From Mytilus edulis (lineage: Eukaryota), in the NCBI RefSeq assembly GCF_963676685.1, contig NC_092354.1, positions 22,816,001 to 22,880,000 on the forward strand: DNA of 64,000 nucleotides, read 5' to 3'. Shown here piece after piece: positions 40,924 to 54,345 of this stretch. The position numbers and the translations under genes are program-made. Below the pieces are notes generated by a model. That model saw only the letters and a list, made by a program, of their open reading frames with translations, made no database searches and was not told where the DNA came from. Each line of letters opens with the position of its first letter. The first letter of the stretch is position 1.

Positions 40924-43429
40924 ATGATACGACATATGATACGGATTTTGCCATGTATTATTCTCTATGTATATATACACAAGTAAACACAAATATGAGG
41001 TAGAAGTTGAAATCTCTTCAAATAGCACCAATCTCTTGACACTAAAAAAAATGACATAAAAAAACCATATATGTTTAAATTCAAAGGAAAAAGGTTGACA
41101 TGTCATGTATCATACATTGTATGTGAAATGAGTGTTTAAAATGTTGCAACATTGTCAAAATGAATGTCACTTTGAAATTGTTACTTCAAACTATGAGACA
41201 TCATTCTTTATGGTAATACAATGTTTAATAAAAATGAACACTATTCAACTACAATGTAGCACCAAAACAGCAGCACTATTCAAACTGAATGACATGAAAA
41301 TTAAACAGTATATATTCACTGCAGACATTTTGTAAACACCCATTTTGGTAATATAATAATAAACATGATTAGGTGTTATAAAAGATTTAGAAAACTCATT
41401 TACATATTCGTGATACAAACTAACTCAAATACATGTCTGAGACAGAAAACCCACATACACTGAAGTGATCAAATATTTGATCGCAACTAGCACATATACT
41501 TGTATGTTTGACAATATAAAATGTAAAAAAGAGGTAGAAAAACACATACACACACTCATGATCATGGTGATATGGAAACAAATCATTCAAAACCATATCT
41601 TACAGTTTGCTTCCTTACTCTGTTAGACCTTCTGAGTTGTTGTAGATTATTAGGATTTTGAATTACGAGTCCTCTTTCATTTGCATTAACATCATGATTT
41701 GGAATGTTCCTATTTTGTTCAGGATTTTGGTGAACTTGTTCATTTGGATTCTGAATTATACCCACTTGTTGGTTTTGATTACGCATTTGTTGTCCTATTG
41801 GAGGCTGTTGGTTGATTGCTGGCATGGGATTCTGAACTATTTGCACTTGTTGATTTTGATTCATGATTGGTTCTTGGTTTATAGCTGGGATAGGTGAATT
41901 ATGTTGTAAATTATGAGGCACTTGTTGATTTTGATTCATGATTGGTCCTTGGTTTATAGCTGGTAAATTCTGAGGCATTTTAATTCTATGCCGTGGATCA
42001 ACCAGAGGAAGAAATTGTGTTTTAAATTGCATGTTAGATGCTTTAAATGTTGCCTTTGTTGTGTAGACAGACCACACCATCTCCTATAATACCACCATTC
42101 CAATTTAGTATAGGAAATGATATGAATGATGAACTTGAAATGGGAGAAATTTAAGATTTTGATGTTTTTTTAATTTTTGTTCTATTTTTGTTTAAAGATC
42201 AATTCCTGTATTGGATCATGAGACAATTAGGAATACAACTAAGAATTCCAATCCTACCAAACCTTCAACTCCACAACCAACACCAATTATTAAATCAAAG
42301 ACACCTTCTACCAATTCCACCAGCAGCCAATCAAAATCGTCCAGCACACCAACAAGTTCATATAAATCTTCCAGTGCCTCAGAATTTACCAGCTATAAAC
42401 CAAGGACCAATCATGAATCAAAATCAACAAGTGCCTCATAATTTACAACATAATTTACCTATCCCAGCTATAAACCAAGAACCAATCATGAATCAAAATC
42501 AACAAGTGCAAATAGTTCAGAATCCCATGCCAGCAATCAACCAACAGCCTCCAATAGGACAACAAATGCGTAATCAAAACCAACAAGTGGGTATAATTCA
42601 GAATCCAAATGAACAAGTTCACCAAAATCCTGAACAAAATAGGAACATTCCAAATCATGATGTTAATGCAAATGAAAGAGGACTCGTAATTCAAAATCCT
42701 AATAATCTACAACAACTCAGAAGGTCTAACAGAGTAAGGAAGCAAACTGTAAGATATGGTTTTGAATGATTTGTTTCCATATCACCATGATCATGAGTGT
42801 GTGTATGTGTTTTTCTACCTCTTTTTTACATTTTATATTGTCAAACATACAAGTATATGTGCTAGTTGCGATCAAATATTTGATCACTTCAGTGTATGTG
42901 GGTTTTCTGTCTCAGACATGTATTTGAGTTAGTTTGTATCACGAATATGTAAATGAGTTTTCTAAATCTTTTATAACACCTAATCATGTTTATTATTATA
43001 TTACCAAAATGGGTGTTTACAAAATGTCTGCAGTGAATATATACTGTTTAATTTTCATGTCATTCAGTTTGAATAGTGCTACTGTTTTGGTGCTACATTG
43101 TAGTTGAATAGTGTTCATTTTTATTAAACATTGTATTACCATAAAGAATGATGTCTCATAGTTTGAAGTAACAATTTCAAAGTGACATTCATTTTGACAA
43201 TGTTGCAACATTTTAAACACTCATCTTCACATACAATGTATGATACATGACATGTCAACCTTTTTCCTTTGAATTTAAACATATATGGTTTTTTTATGTC
43301 ATTTTTTTTAGTGTCAAGAGATTGGTGCTATTTGAAGAGATTTCAACTTCTACCTCATATTTGTGTTTACGTGTGTATATATACATAGAGAATAATACAT
43401 GGCAAAATCCGTATCATATGTCGTATCAT
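40924..43429. repeat. Long inverted duplication: ~1.05-kb arms 40924-41977 and 42375-43429, 397-bp spacer
   Basis: Mirror ORFs (41583-42080 - vs 42188-42769 +; 41132 + vs 43017 -); only a handful of differences between arms. Confidence 0.95.
42162..42769 (+). CDS. Intronless Q/N/P-rich ORF of unknown function, basic C-terminus
   Basis: 193-aa ORF with internal PAINQ..IMNQNQQV repeats, ending LRRSNRVRKQTVRYGFE. An ATG at 42162 would add a hydrophobic leader if the T-run had one more base. Confidence 0.5.
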
Positions 43430-43810
43430 CCCGAGACATCAATATCAGCCCAAGGGCCGTTAGGCCCGAGGGATGATATTGGTCGAGGGTGATACGACAT
43501 GTGATACGGATTTTGCCATGTATTATACAATTATCATATATTTCTACAGAAGAGTATTATATTGTATGAACTGTCTTCTGATCCATGGCACTGGGTTACC
43601 TTCAGTTCTACTTATGTCTTGTTTTAAAGGCCTTAAAAGAACTGCTCAATTACTTATCCGAAGCACCTGGGTTACCTTACAATTTGCGGGCTGTTGTATT
43701 AAAATATTTTGTTTATTATTGTATTAATTTGTGTGTTTTGTATTTTTCATAGTTGCATTTAGTATGCCAAAAAATATGAAAACTTGACGTTCGTGACGTC
43801 ACATACAATA
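43385..43810 (+). mobile_element. Second copy of hairpin-ended non-autonomous element
   Basis: Reverse complement of 20080-20730 without the nested MITE. Confidence 0.8.
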
Positions 43811-43843
43811 TGAAAACTCGACGTTCGTGACGTCACATACCAA

Positions 43844-43912
43844 GTAGGGGTGTGATAAAGGTAGGGGTGTGATAAAGGGTAGGGGTGTGATAAACGGTAT
43901 ACGATAAAGGGT
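43844..43912 (+). repeat. Minisatellite GTAGGGGTGTGATAAAG(G) x3
   Basis: Direct reading. Confidence 0.85.
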
Positions 43913-44695
43913 GCGCATCAAAGTTGCGCGATATGGATTAAACAGCAGGCTATTTATCACATATGCAAAACTACTGTATTTACTACTAAACATATAATAA
44001 ATATATTTATTGTTAAAATTGTGATATTTTGTTTGCAATTCTATTCAATGCTTTCCACTTTACAACAAATAAAATTATAGATATCTAAATAAAATACAGA
44101 AATATATTATGTAACTTATTAACATATCAAAAGGACTAATTGGTTAAGATCAAAATTAAATAAAAGACTTACATGATTAAGATCAACTTCAGATTCAATT
44201 TTAGAATGCATGTTCCTATCGGTTTTATTGTGGTATTGTTGTATATTGTTAGTATTTGACTTGTTTTGTTTGTAAATGATTAATATCAAGCTATTTCAAT
44301 GTTCTTGCAGTGATTATATTGCATGTTCAACTTTGTACTCGTTTCGGCTTTCAAACTTTTGTATCTGGGCGTCACACGTAGGTCTTGTGTGGACAAAATA
44401 CACTTCTGGAGTATTAAAATTTTGAACTTGTTGCCTTTTGTTGGCTGTTGTTCGTGTGATTCTTTGTCAATTGTGTTCTCCAATTTATTTATATTGTAGT
44501 CCTGTGTTGTCATTTTGATGTTATATTTCACATGGCCATAAAAGTGCGAGGTTTGGCATGCCACAAAACCAGGTTCAACCCACCATTTTTTCCTTTAAAA
44601 ATGCCCTGTACCAAGTCAGGAATATGGCCATTGTTATATTATAGTTCGTTTCTGTGTGTATTACATTATAACGTTGTGTCGTTTGTTTTCTCTTA

Positions 44696-45427
44696 CATAG
44701 CCAGAAATTAGTAGTGGTTTTGCTAATTAATATTCATGATATGTAAATGAGAATTGTACCACGTGATAGTACTTTGAACTGGACTGGCTTGATAGGCTTG
44801 ATATCATTAAAATCTTTAAAACACGGATATTATAAGTTGCCCGTCACAGAGTCCTTATTTACAATCACTTTGATATTTCCGTAAAGTTGTCAGGCGGTCA
44901 AATCAAAACAATAAACGCGAATTTAGTGAATTTTTCGTGCTTTCGTGAGTTTATTCTTCTTGAAATAGTGACATTTTAATTTTACGTGGGAACCTAGAGT
45001 TCAACGACTACACATACAAGGTTTGGACTTGCTTATTCTTCGGAAATTCAAGTTTCATATTTCACCCCGGCAACCTGTTTTTGTAATGACCTTGTAAGCC
45101 AATTTTCAACACGAAGTTTGCAAATTTGACGTTTCAGCCATTTTAGCCTGTATTTTATACTGCAATGTTAAAAGCCTCTCGCTTCGATTTTTAAAATAGC
45201 TCAGGAACCTGTATTTTTGCATCAACAGTCATTGTGTTTCGTTTAAATGGTGTATGTTGTTGTGTATATTCATTTTCTGCCCCGGCAACCTGTCTATCAC
45301 TTAAATTAAAATTAAAACAGACATTTTTTTAAAATTCCCTATCATTTTAATGTAATTTCCGTGACCCGTATCCGATTTTTTTAGTATAATATTCAAATAA
45401 GCAAAGTGGCGTTGATTTCTGGATATG
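44696..45427 (+). mobile_element. ~730-bp non-autonomous DNA transposon, CATAGCCAGAAAT TIR (copy 1)
   Basis: Colinear with 59333-60054; ends ATTTCTGGATATG; flanked by A on both sides. Confidence 0.9.
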
Positions 45428-45429
45428 AT

Positions 45430-45718
45430 TTTTATGCCCCATTTATGGGCATTATGTTTTCTGGTCTGTGCGTCCGTCCGTCTGTTCGTTCGTTTGTTCG
45501 TCCGTCTGTCCCGCTTCAGGTTAAAGTTTTTGGTCGAGGTAGTTTTTGATGAAGTTGAAGTCTAATCAACTTGAAACTTAGTATATATGTTCTGTATGAT
45601 ATGATATTTCTAATTTTAATTCCAAATTAGAGATTTAACCCCATTTTCATGGTCCACTGAACATAGAAAATGATAGTGCGGATGGGGCATCCGTGTACTG
45701 GGGACACATTCTTGTTTA
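45430..45718 (+). mobile_element. HINE (Helentron-associated) element
   Basis: ATGCCC..GGGCAT palindrome, GTCC/GTTC microsatellite, 3' GGGGCATC..GTGT..ACAC hairpin; related copy at 55780-56000. Confidence 0.65.
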
Positions 45719-47139
45719 GTGTAAATTCATATTGCGATAAGACGTGTCACAGTACTTGTCTATCCCAAATTCATGTATTTGGTTTTGATGTTATATATAT
45801 ATGTTATATTTGTTATTCTCGTGGGATTTTGTCTATGTGTGTTACATTTTAGTGTTATGTCGTTGTTCTCCTCTTATATTTAATGCGTTTCCCTCGGTTT
45901 TAGTTTGTTACCTCGATTTTGTTTTTTGTCCATGGATTTATGAGTTTTGAACAGCGGTATAATACTGTTGCCTTTAGTTGCTCCACTGTCTAATTGGAAT
46001 CTCGTTAATGTGCTTTTTTCAGTGTTACCTATTATTTTCATCGATGCATATATGTGCCTACTGTGCTTTTCTTTAACATTGGTGAGTGTTACTGTGTTTT
46101 TTTAAAATAATCATTGCTTTCATAAGACTCTTCAAATATTGCTCGTACTCCGTGTCCTGGGTGACGTCTTTGCCTTGATTTTTGTTCTGAATTTCACAAA
46201 AAATAAGATTATATTGCATTCTTAGTTAGAGTCCCCCTTTTAATATACAAATTAAAATCAAAATAACTAAAATGTCAAACTATCAGGTAAGAGTGTAAAT
46301 AAGCTCTTTTCGGAAATTGTTTGGAATTAGAAATTTTGCAAATTATCATTATAGTTGTATTTGTAACAGTTTGTTATTCAGCAAAAAATACACTTTTTTA
46401 GTTTTAATTTAGGAAATGGGGGAAGGGGAATAAGATATTCATGATTGTTTGTACTTAATTAAAACTAATATTTTGTAAATATCAATTATAAAAAAATGCA
46501 TTGTAAAATTTTGATTTTGATATATATATTAAAAATGTTTGAAGATAGCGAAGAAGAAAATTCGCTAAATGATTTGTTTGGCCAAAATATGGCAGATATA
46601 CCATTGCCAAGGGAACACCAGCAGCAGCATGCAATAGTATTACTACTTTCCATTGTGATTGTTGTGATAAAAACACAGCTTTGCTACAAGAAATATGTTA
46701 CCATTTATCTTCTATACAAATAAGGTCTTGATTATAGTACCAGAAAAAATTAATTAAAAAAAATCATAGAGGGCATGCACTTATCTGATTTTTACCAAGA
46801 CAAACATATTTAAAAATAATTGTAAAATCAAGTTAGAATTTCACTTACAGTGTACAAGAAAGGCATATAAAACCTTGAAATGTTGTATGGCTGCAATATA
46901 AAAACTTAGTATTTAATGCCAAGTCTTTCATGGTATTAAGAATTGAATATTGATTTTTTTATTCAGACATTTATATTAGTTTTAAATGTATTTTATTTTT
47001 ACAATGTAAGGAGGATTGCGGGTCGAAATCATTTTTTTTTTTTATTATAAGATAGGATTTCGCTATATATTTCTATAAATGAACTTTTATCTGATATTTA
47101 ATAGAAAAATAAAATACAAAAAGGGATCTTTTTGTGTCT

Positions 47140-47600
47140 GGATGTATAAGTACCCGGCCACGTCCACTTGTATTTTAGTCCATCTGATGAGTTGAGCCCT
47201 TTTCAACTGATTTTTATAGTTCGTTCTTATGTTGTACTGTTACACCACTGTCCAAGGTTAGGGGAGGGTTGGGATTCCGCTTATATGTTTAACCCCGCAC
47301 ATTATCTATGTATGTGCCTGTCCCAAGTCAGGAGCCTGTAAGTCTGTGGTTGTCGTTTGTTTATGTTTTACAGATTTGTTTTTTCGTTCATTTTTTGTTT
47401 ATTTAAAAAAAAAAAGGCCGTTAGTTTTTCGTTTGAATTGCTTTACATTGTCTTTATGGGGCCTTTTATAGCTGACTATGCGGTATGGGCTTTGCTCATT
47501 GTTGAAGGTAGTACGATACCTATAGTTGTTAATGTCTGTGTCATTTTGGTCTCTTGTGGACAGTTGTCTCATTGGCCATCATACCACATCTTTTTTACAT
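47140..47600 (+). mobile_element. Longest copy of the SINE-like family
   Basis: Same core and tail as 13060-13370. Confidence 0.65.
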
Positions 47601-48149
47601 CACCATTCATTTCGGACTTTTTTTACTTATATTTAGAATAGAAAGTCCCTGCGCTCACAATCTGTCTTCGAAAGAAAGATGCATTTTTTTAAAGATACCT
47701 TTTTTCTGTTGAACTTATATGAAAAATAGAGGTAATATCGAGTTAATATGAGTTGAAAGAGATTTTCAATTTTAATGCCAAAAAAATGACATATTTGCAC
47801 CTAAGGTAGATAATTTGGAGCTTTTTCAGTGATATCTGAATTTTTCAAGTCATCTTGGGCCAACACGAATTGATTTTTTTAATGATTTTTGTACTGTATG
47901 ATAAAGTAACAACTTCTAAAGGTAAAAAGTAAAATTTGTAATGAAAGATAAATGCCAAAAATTATTTATCATCCAAAATATAGATAAAAGACGACTATTG
48001 TTGCTGAACGAGCATAATACGTCAAGGATACCTATGGTACAAGTACATTTATTCCAATTTATTGCTTTTCCACTGTTTCAGGCCAAGATAATGTTATGAT
48101 TTTTGTTAAAGGTCAACAAGAAAATTGGCACGTTACCCGGACATGTAAA

Positions 48150-48380
48150 ACTCAGATCTGTGTACGACCTCAAATCTGTGTCCGTTTTTTCAAATCTATG
48201 CTCCATCGTGACGTCAATCGCTAATCTATGTCCGTTAAAAAAGATTCGGTCTCAAATCTGTGTCCGTTTTTCAATCGCGACGTCATTCGCAAATCTGTGT
48301 CCGTTATAAAAAAGATAAGATCTCAAATCTGTGTTATATTTTAATTTGTTTGGCCATGCGCAAATTTATGCCCGTCTAAT
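48150..48380 (+). repeat. AATCTGTGTCCGTT subterminal-type repeat array
   Basis: About 8 degenerate copies. Confidence 0.7.
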
Positions 48381-49399
48381 AAGTTCGGCCATATAGGTTT
48401 TTTATTTTATTAAGTAATTTCCCATAATTCAATATTAGTGGTATGTGTTCTCCTTGTATGTGCAAGAGCCGAAGTATAGTATACGTTTAAGAAACGTTTA
48501 AGAAGTTTGGGGGTGGGGGGTCAGCATTGCTGCAAGTTTTGTTAATCCAAAATCGATTTTACATTTATTCCTATTGGTCAATCAAATTTTCCCAAATTAA
48601 GTTAAGAAAAGGGGGGGGGGGTGGGGGTCAGTGAAAAAAAACAATGTGAATGAAGTTTTTTTTATCCTTATTGAACTTTTGATGTCGTCCCTAAGATGAG
48701 GCATCTATATACAAAGTATGAAGCATTTATCTAGTCAAACTAAGATTTAACCTGAAACTAATTGCAACAGAAAATGTTTTAGTTCATATCTGTAGCATCA
48801 TGCCCTTTATAAGCACAGAAAAATATCTCATAAAATCTAAGTTGAGGAAAACTCAAAATCAGCATTTTTTATTCTGTATGGAAATTAACATAGGAAGGGG
48901 AGATAACTCCACAGAAATTAGTCTTTTTTGGGGGTCTTTTTTTGGTCGATTTTCGTGAAATGTATGGACAGTATGATACTTTGATGGGGTTATTTGTTTG
49001 TATATGACAAATTATATAATCTGCTCATGAAATGTACAATTCCAAAGTGTTATGGGTGGGTAGTTTTTTTTCCGTGCATTTTTTTTTATTGAAGAAATTG
49101 CAAATATAAAGAAGTGTGACCATTTTGAAAAAATAATGTGATCTAGATTATAGCTTGATAAAAGGTATGAAAACTCCTTTAAAGAGTTGTTTGTTATACT
49201 CTCAAGTACGCTCAAAATTCAAGAATCAATACATATCAGCAACTAAAGTCCCATGCTCAACAATAAGGTCTGTTTTCTTGATGAACATATGTAGTAACAG
49301 GCAGTTAGTCTTAATCATAGGTTTATAATTTAGTATATCAAACTTTTTCTTTGAACCAGGGTCTATGAAACATATCTAATTTGATAAAAAAAATTTAGT

Positions 49400-51251
49400 A
49401 CTGCCCACTTCACTGCAAGAGACTGCCATAGCACTAAAAAAATTTGAGCATGCATTAAATGCATCCTTCCATTGGGGTGGTTTGATGTGCCTTTTAGCCA
49501 AAAGGGAGTCATGTGACCTCGTTAGTGAGCTGGCTAAGGTGAAACGCCAGACAGAGCAGGCTGACCACAGTGGCTACGTGTTTTCCAGAAACCACATTAC
49601 CAATGCTGGATTGCAACCAGGCACAACATTGTGCTTCTTAAGCCCAAAGTGCATCATTGATGTGTCAACAGGGAAGATGGTATGTAACAATTACTTTTCT
49701 AGTACAATAGCTTGCAGTGATATTGTTTGCTTTTATCAAAACTGCCTCTGCCCTTTTTATTTTCGAAAATATGCATCATTTTCATCAAGTTGGGAAATTG
49801 AAAATAAACCATGAATTTGACTGAAACTCAAATTTACCAACCCATTTTCAAGAGTCAAAACCCTGCTTTAAAATGAGACCCTATTTTGTCAGTGATGATA
49901 CATAAATAGACCCTCAAATGTGCACATATAGTAATTTTAGGCAAGCAAATTGTTGAAATGAGTTTTTCAGTTTATATTCATGCACAATTACTACTGAGTC
50001 AGACTGCCCTGTTCTGGGAAAAAGTTGTATTTCTAGGAATAATTTTTGGTCAATTATCTTTCAAATTGGGATTCATCTCCAGCGGAAAAAAGCCTTTATT
50101 CTCCACTAATTTAAGGCAAACAATATCACTGGTTTGAATAATTTTGATTGCAGTTACCAATCTGTTTTTATGCCTATTCTACTAAAAACTTCCAATACAT
50201 AAAATGTACAAGAAATAAAAAAAAAAATAGAAAATTACAATGAAATAACAACAAATATGAAAAATCAACAAATATGTTGGTATTGGTTAGGAGATTGATT
50301 GATTGATTGATTGTTGGTTGCTTAACGTCCAGTGGGAAATATTTCATGCATATTCAGGACGAGAACAAGTTCACAATAAATACAATAGGTAGGTTGTTGT
50401 AATAGAGGCCATCTAGGATAGGAGACAAATACGATTTCTATAGAATTCCAACAAAATCAATGATCAAATAAATTTGATACAGATATGGTCAGATATTAAT
50501 ATTGAAACAGTCATAGCCTTTGTATGAGGTCAAAATATGATATAGCGACCTAAGAAGTATACTGACCCCAGACTTTGTCCTCAGTCAATATACAGCTAAT
50601 AAGTCAATATATCCTTGTATAGACCTCATACAAAGACTAAATTTGTATAATATACTAGAAACCGTGTGTGATAAAGGACTATTGGGTATCTGATAGGGCC
50701 GACGAAACCTTGTAATAGGATATGCCAGGAATTAAATGCTTTATATCCAATTTCTTTTTAACAAACAACCAATTACAAGATTGACAATTACTGATATCAC
50801 CATAGGAATAAGGTATTATAAGGTCCATTTTTTTTTAAAAACATTTGTAAAATAAGTTTCAGTTATGCATTTCCAGGTAATCGATAGTTTTACTCATTAA
50901 ATTACTATTTCAGGTTGATCCAGATACATGCTCTTATGTATGGTTAACCAACATTAACATCTCTGGACTACCAAAAGAAGAGCTCTGCAGGTCCATCTGC
51001 ACTATAGCACCAAACTTGCAACCCCTGAGGAATTTGTTCGATGTTGCTGATGACATTTTGGGGTCCAACATTGGTCCGGCACTGTTGGCCTGGGCTTCCT
51101 TTTATGGCCTGCACCAGTACCAATGGCTTAGTGCTAATACCAGACACTTCAACATCCCTATACTGTATGGAGAGCCGATGATGGGGAAAACCCTTATTGC
51201 TATGTGTGCTGCCTGGCTTATTGGGTGTAAGGAGACTCACATAGCCTCCAG
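49400..51251 (+). pseudogene. Spliced fragment of a P-loop NTPase (helicase-like)
   Basis: Exon ending STGKM|GT at 49679 joins exon 50914-51251 (VDPDTCSYVW..HFNIPILYGEPMMGKTLIA), containing a Walker A motif; no downstream exon found. Confidence 0.55.
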
Positions 51252-51252
51252 G

Positions 51253-51625
51253 TATTCAGGACGAGAACAAGTTCACAATAAATAGGTAGGTTGATACAAT
51301 AGAGGCCATCTGGGATGATGGTCGGAGAAATTTGGACTGCCACAGGAAAAGGAGGGTATATTGGATAGGGACAAAAATGTTGCCTTGCAACAGGCCACGT
51401 ACGGACCCCTCAAAGAGTTGTTGCAAGGGTTCTTAACGTGCAAAGAGCGTGGCACTCTTCTTTACACGAGGCATCGGATTTAACGTCCCCCTTCTGACCG
51501 GACGTGACTGTAAACTTGATACATCCCGCACAACCAAACGGACGCTTCACTTCGGCAACGTTTTACTGCCGGTCGGGAGAAGACCAAGTGACCATATTTC
51601 TATACCCCAGTCATCCTGGGGGATT
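51253..51625. mobile_element. GC-richer interspersed repeat (partial copy at 50295-50420)
   Basis: TATTCAGGACGAGAACAAGTTCACAATAAAT..AATAGAGGCCATCT shared with 50350-50415. Confidence 0.65.
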
Positions 51626-52526
51626 TCTGAAATAGAAATTATGTCCGAAATATTGGTAGGATTGGTCCAAAATTTTCTTTTATTGCGATATTTTCTAAGA
51701 CCGTGAGAACGCATACATTGGTTAGTACTTTAAGAAAGCGGAACAAAACTATACATTGATATTTAAAAGCTTAAAGTGTACAAAGTAATGTTATGAAAAA
51801 AATTTGAAATTGTAAACCCCAATCACAAAATACAAAGCCGGCTGTCTCTACACCATAAATCCACATCTTGGTTGTTTTTTGTTTAGTTTAATTTTGAGCT
51901 ACTAATATAAAAAAAAAGAAGATGTGGTAGGATTGCCAATGAAACAACTATCCACAAAAGACCAAAATGACACAAACATTAACAACTTAAGGTCACCGTA
52001 CGGCCTTCAAAAATGAGCAAAGCCCATACCGCATAGACACTTTAGGTTAATGATACTTGGTCAGTAGACAGATATGTCTTAGGTAATAGACTAGGTTTCA
52101 CTATTACCGGTAAATTTTCCAAATTTGATAAGCTGAAAGCTTTATAACAAATGTAAAAAACATTGGTCCCAACTTTGAGCTGCTTGGTTATAAAGTTCCT
52201 CCTTTAAATACAGGCGGGATAACAATGAGCAATGCAAGCGTAAAAGTTTAAATTCAGACATACATGTACATTGAATATCAAACTTTTTTCATTATTTCAG
52301 GTGATGCATTGGCTGATGGCACTGCCCTTAAATATAACTATTATAATAAAGTATCACGGACTATCTGAGAATGACATCAATGATATGACTGTAGACCAGC
52401 TCCTGAACATGAGGCAAAAATGGCCAGGTTGAACGCTTGGTGCAAAGTGGAGGATGTTGTCAGCAAAATTCATAATGAGCCTGGTCCTCAGAGGAAGAAA
52501 TTCCAGAGTATTCGCCGGATGAAGGA

Positions 52527-52991
52527 ATGTCTTGTGAAGTAAAGGGGTGTGAAACCCCCGTTATAAAAAGCAATGGCATGTACTGTAAACACTGGCTCCG
52601 CTTCCATACCAAGAAAACATCAATCATTATATGCCGTCTCTGTCAACGGAAATTAGGAAGAAGATGTTACCTTCTCCAGCATTTGAGGGACTTCCATAAG
52701 CTTAATATTAAAGCCCGAACAGAAGAAGTGCTGAATACCATTCCTCATCTGATAGATTATATGCATTTTATTGACCCCGGCAAGACAATAAAATGTGTTT
52801 TAAAACCAAAGGTAAATGTACAGGCAACTAAGAAAGAAAGACGCATTCTTAGTGAGAAAATAAATAGAATGGAATTATTTCCGAATTTACATGGAGCTGT
52901 AATCGTTCCAATAGACCATGAAGCACATATTTTCAAGATGCCGAATATGAAGGGAGGGCAGGTATTGCAGTTAAAAAAGAAACCCGGATGA
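52527..52991 (+). CDS. Small intronless C2H2-like zinc-finger protein
   Basis: CEVKGC..HWLRFH and CRLCQ..HLRDFH spacing; 154-aa open frame. Confidence 0.55.
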   Translation: MSCEVKGCETPVIKSNGMYCKHWLRFHTKKTSIIICRLCQRKLGRRCYLLQHLRDFHKLNIKARTEEVLNTIPHLIDYMHFIDPGKTIKCVLKPKVNVQATKKERRILSEKINRMELFPNLHGAVIVPIDHEAHIFKMPNMKGGQVLQLKKKPG

Positions 52992-54029
52992 TTAAAGACA
53001 TTTTGGACTGTTATTATTTTGGACAATTTGCAATTTGTTTAGACTAAAAAAAAAAACAAATAAAATTAAAAAAAATATATATATATAAGGAAAGCTGTTA
53101 ATTACATGCAATTAGTAAATTTCATATGTTTAAATATTAGCTAAATTGTTGAAAATTAGATATATATAATATTAGCTAAATTGTTGAAAATTAGATATAT
53201 ATGTTAATCAAGAATAATGTATATTTTTCATATGAATCGATTCTTAGGGGGGGGGGGGGGGGGAGGAATGTAACAATTTCTTTATAAGATAAAGAATAAT
53301 TATCTCCTTTGTGGTTATTAAATTTTGTTATTAGTTTAATATTGTTAAGTAAATAAAAGTTGTAATACATGATCTTTATAGGTTAAGGAAAATTAATTGT
53401 CATTTATTATCTTTATTAAGTTTGCATGCTTTTATGTTCTTGTTTCATAAAATACAAAACTAAAATAATATTGTTGAAAAATAAAGTAGATATTTTTGAT
53501 AAAATCTGGGTATCGTTTTTTTTTTTGTGGCTAGTATAGTTGTACCCCTTTCCTAAGTTCAGTGTCATATCTGAAAAGATTTAATACGCTCTTTTGCTGA
53601 GTGTTATAATTATGCTTCAGAGATTTCCTCCGATTTTATTTCAGTCTTGTACACTTTGGCCAGGAAACAGTACCTAGCGAAGTCTGCATTCCAGATGTGA
53701 TCAACCTTATTTTTCGCTGAATAATAAATATCTAATAATAATATTATGTGAACACACATTGAGATATATTGTTTGTAAAATTAACTATTTGTATATCCCT
53801 TTAGACATAAAGAGTGTCATTACTTTAAACCCTGATCACACTGCTAAAATGAAAATGATTCTCTGACAATTGTTCCACAGATATTTCCAAAAATGATACA
53901 CAATATACAGTGCATCATAAGCCTATTCTCTCTTTGGAAAAACCTTACTAAGGCTAATTGCATATTTGAAACATGTAGCCCAGTCTTTTTCTAGCAAATC
54001 ATCATGTACATGATGGCTTATCCGATCAG

Positions 54030-54345
54030 AATCAGCATCTGTAAATGTCATTAATGACGCAATAAAATTAGCTTTACGAGAAACTCAGGAAGATATTTTT
54101 AGCGACGAAATTAAGTGACTTTCCATTCGAAAACCTCTTGCAAAATCCTGTGTAGTCAGTCTTACGCCTTTCCTTGATAAGGAAAACATCAAAAAACACT
54201 ATACTCCTTTCTGGTCGCAATCACATTGCACTACTTATTGTCAGACATTATCATGAACTTGGTCATCATCAAGGCCGTCACATAACCGAAGGTTCAATTC
54301 GTTCTGCAGGCTTCTGGATAACAGGACTAAAATCACTTACATCAC
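54030..54345 (+). pseudogene. BEL/Pao LTR retrotransposon pol fragment (RNase H-integrase linker, integrase HHCC start)
   Basis: LTPFLDKE..ILLSGRNHIALLIVRHYHELGHHQGRHITEGSIRSAGFWITG. Confidence 0.75.

Larger units (their letters stand above)
44290..45976 (+). mobile_element. Non-autonomous retroelement-like repeat hosting two nested insertions
   Basis: Its 3' end (..GAACAGCGGTAT(A)ACTACTGTTGCCTTTA) recurs as an isolated ~80-bp reverse-complement copy at 39850-39930; interrupted by 44696-45427 and 45430-45718. Confidence 0.5.

Noticed and set aside
50694-50712. Hammerhead core CTGATAG..CGAAAC
   Set aside because: Core deviates from CUGANGA and I could not identify flanking stems.
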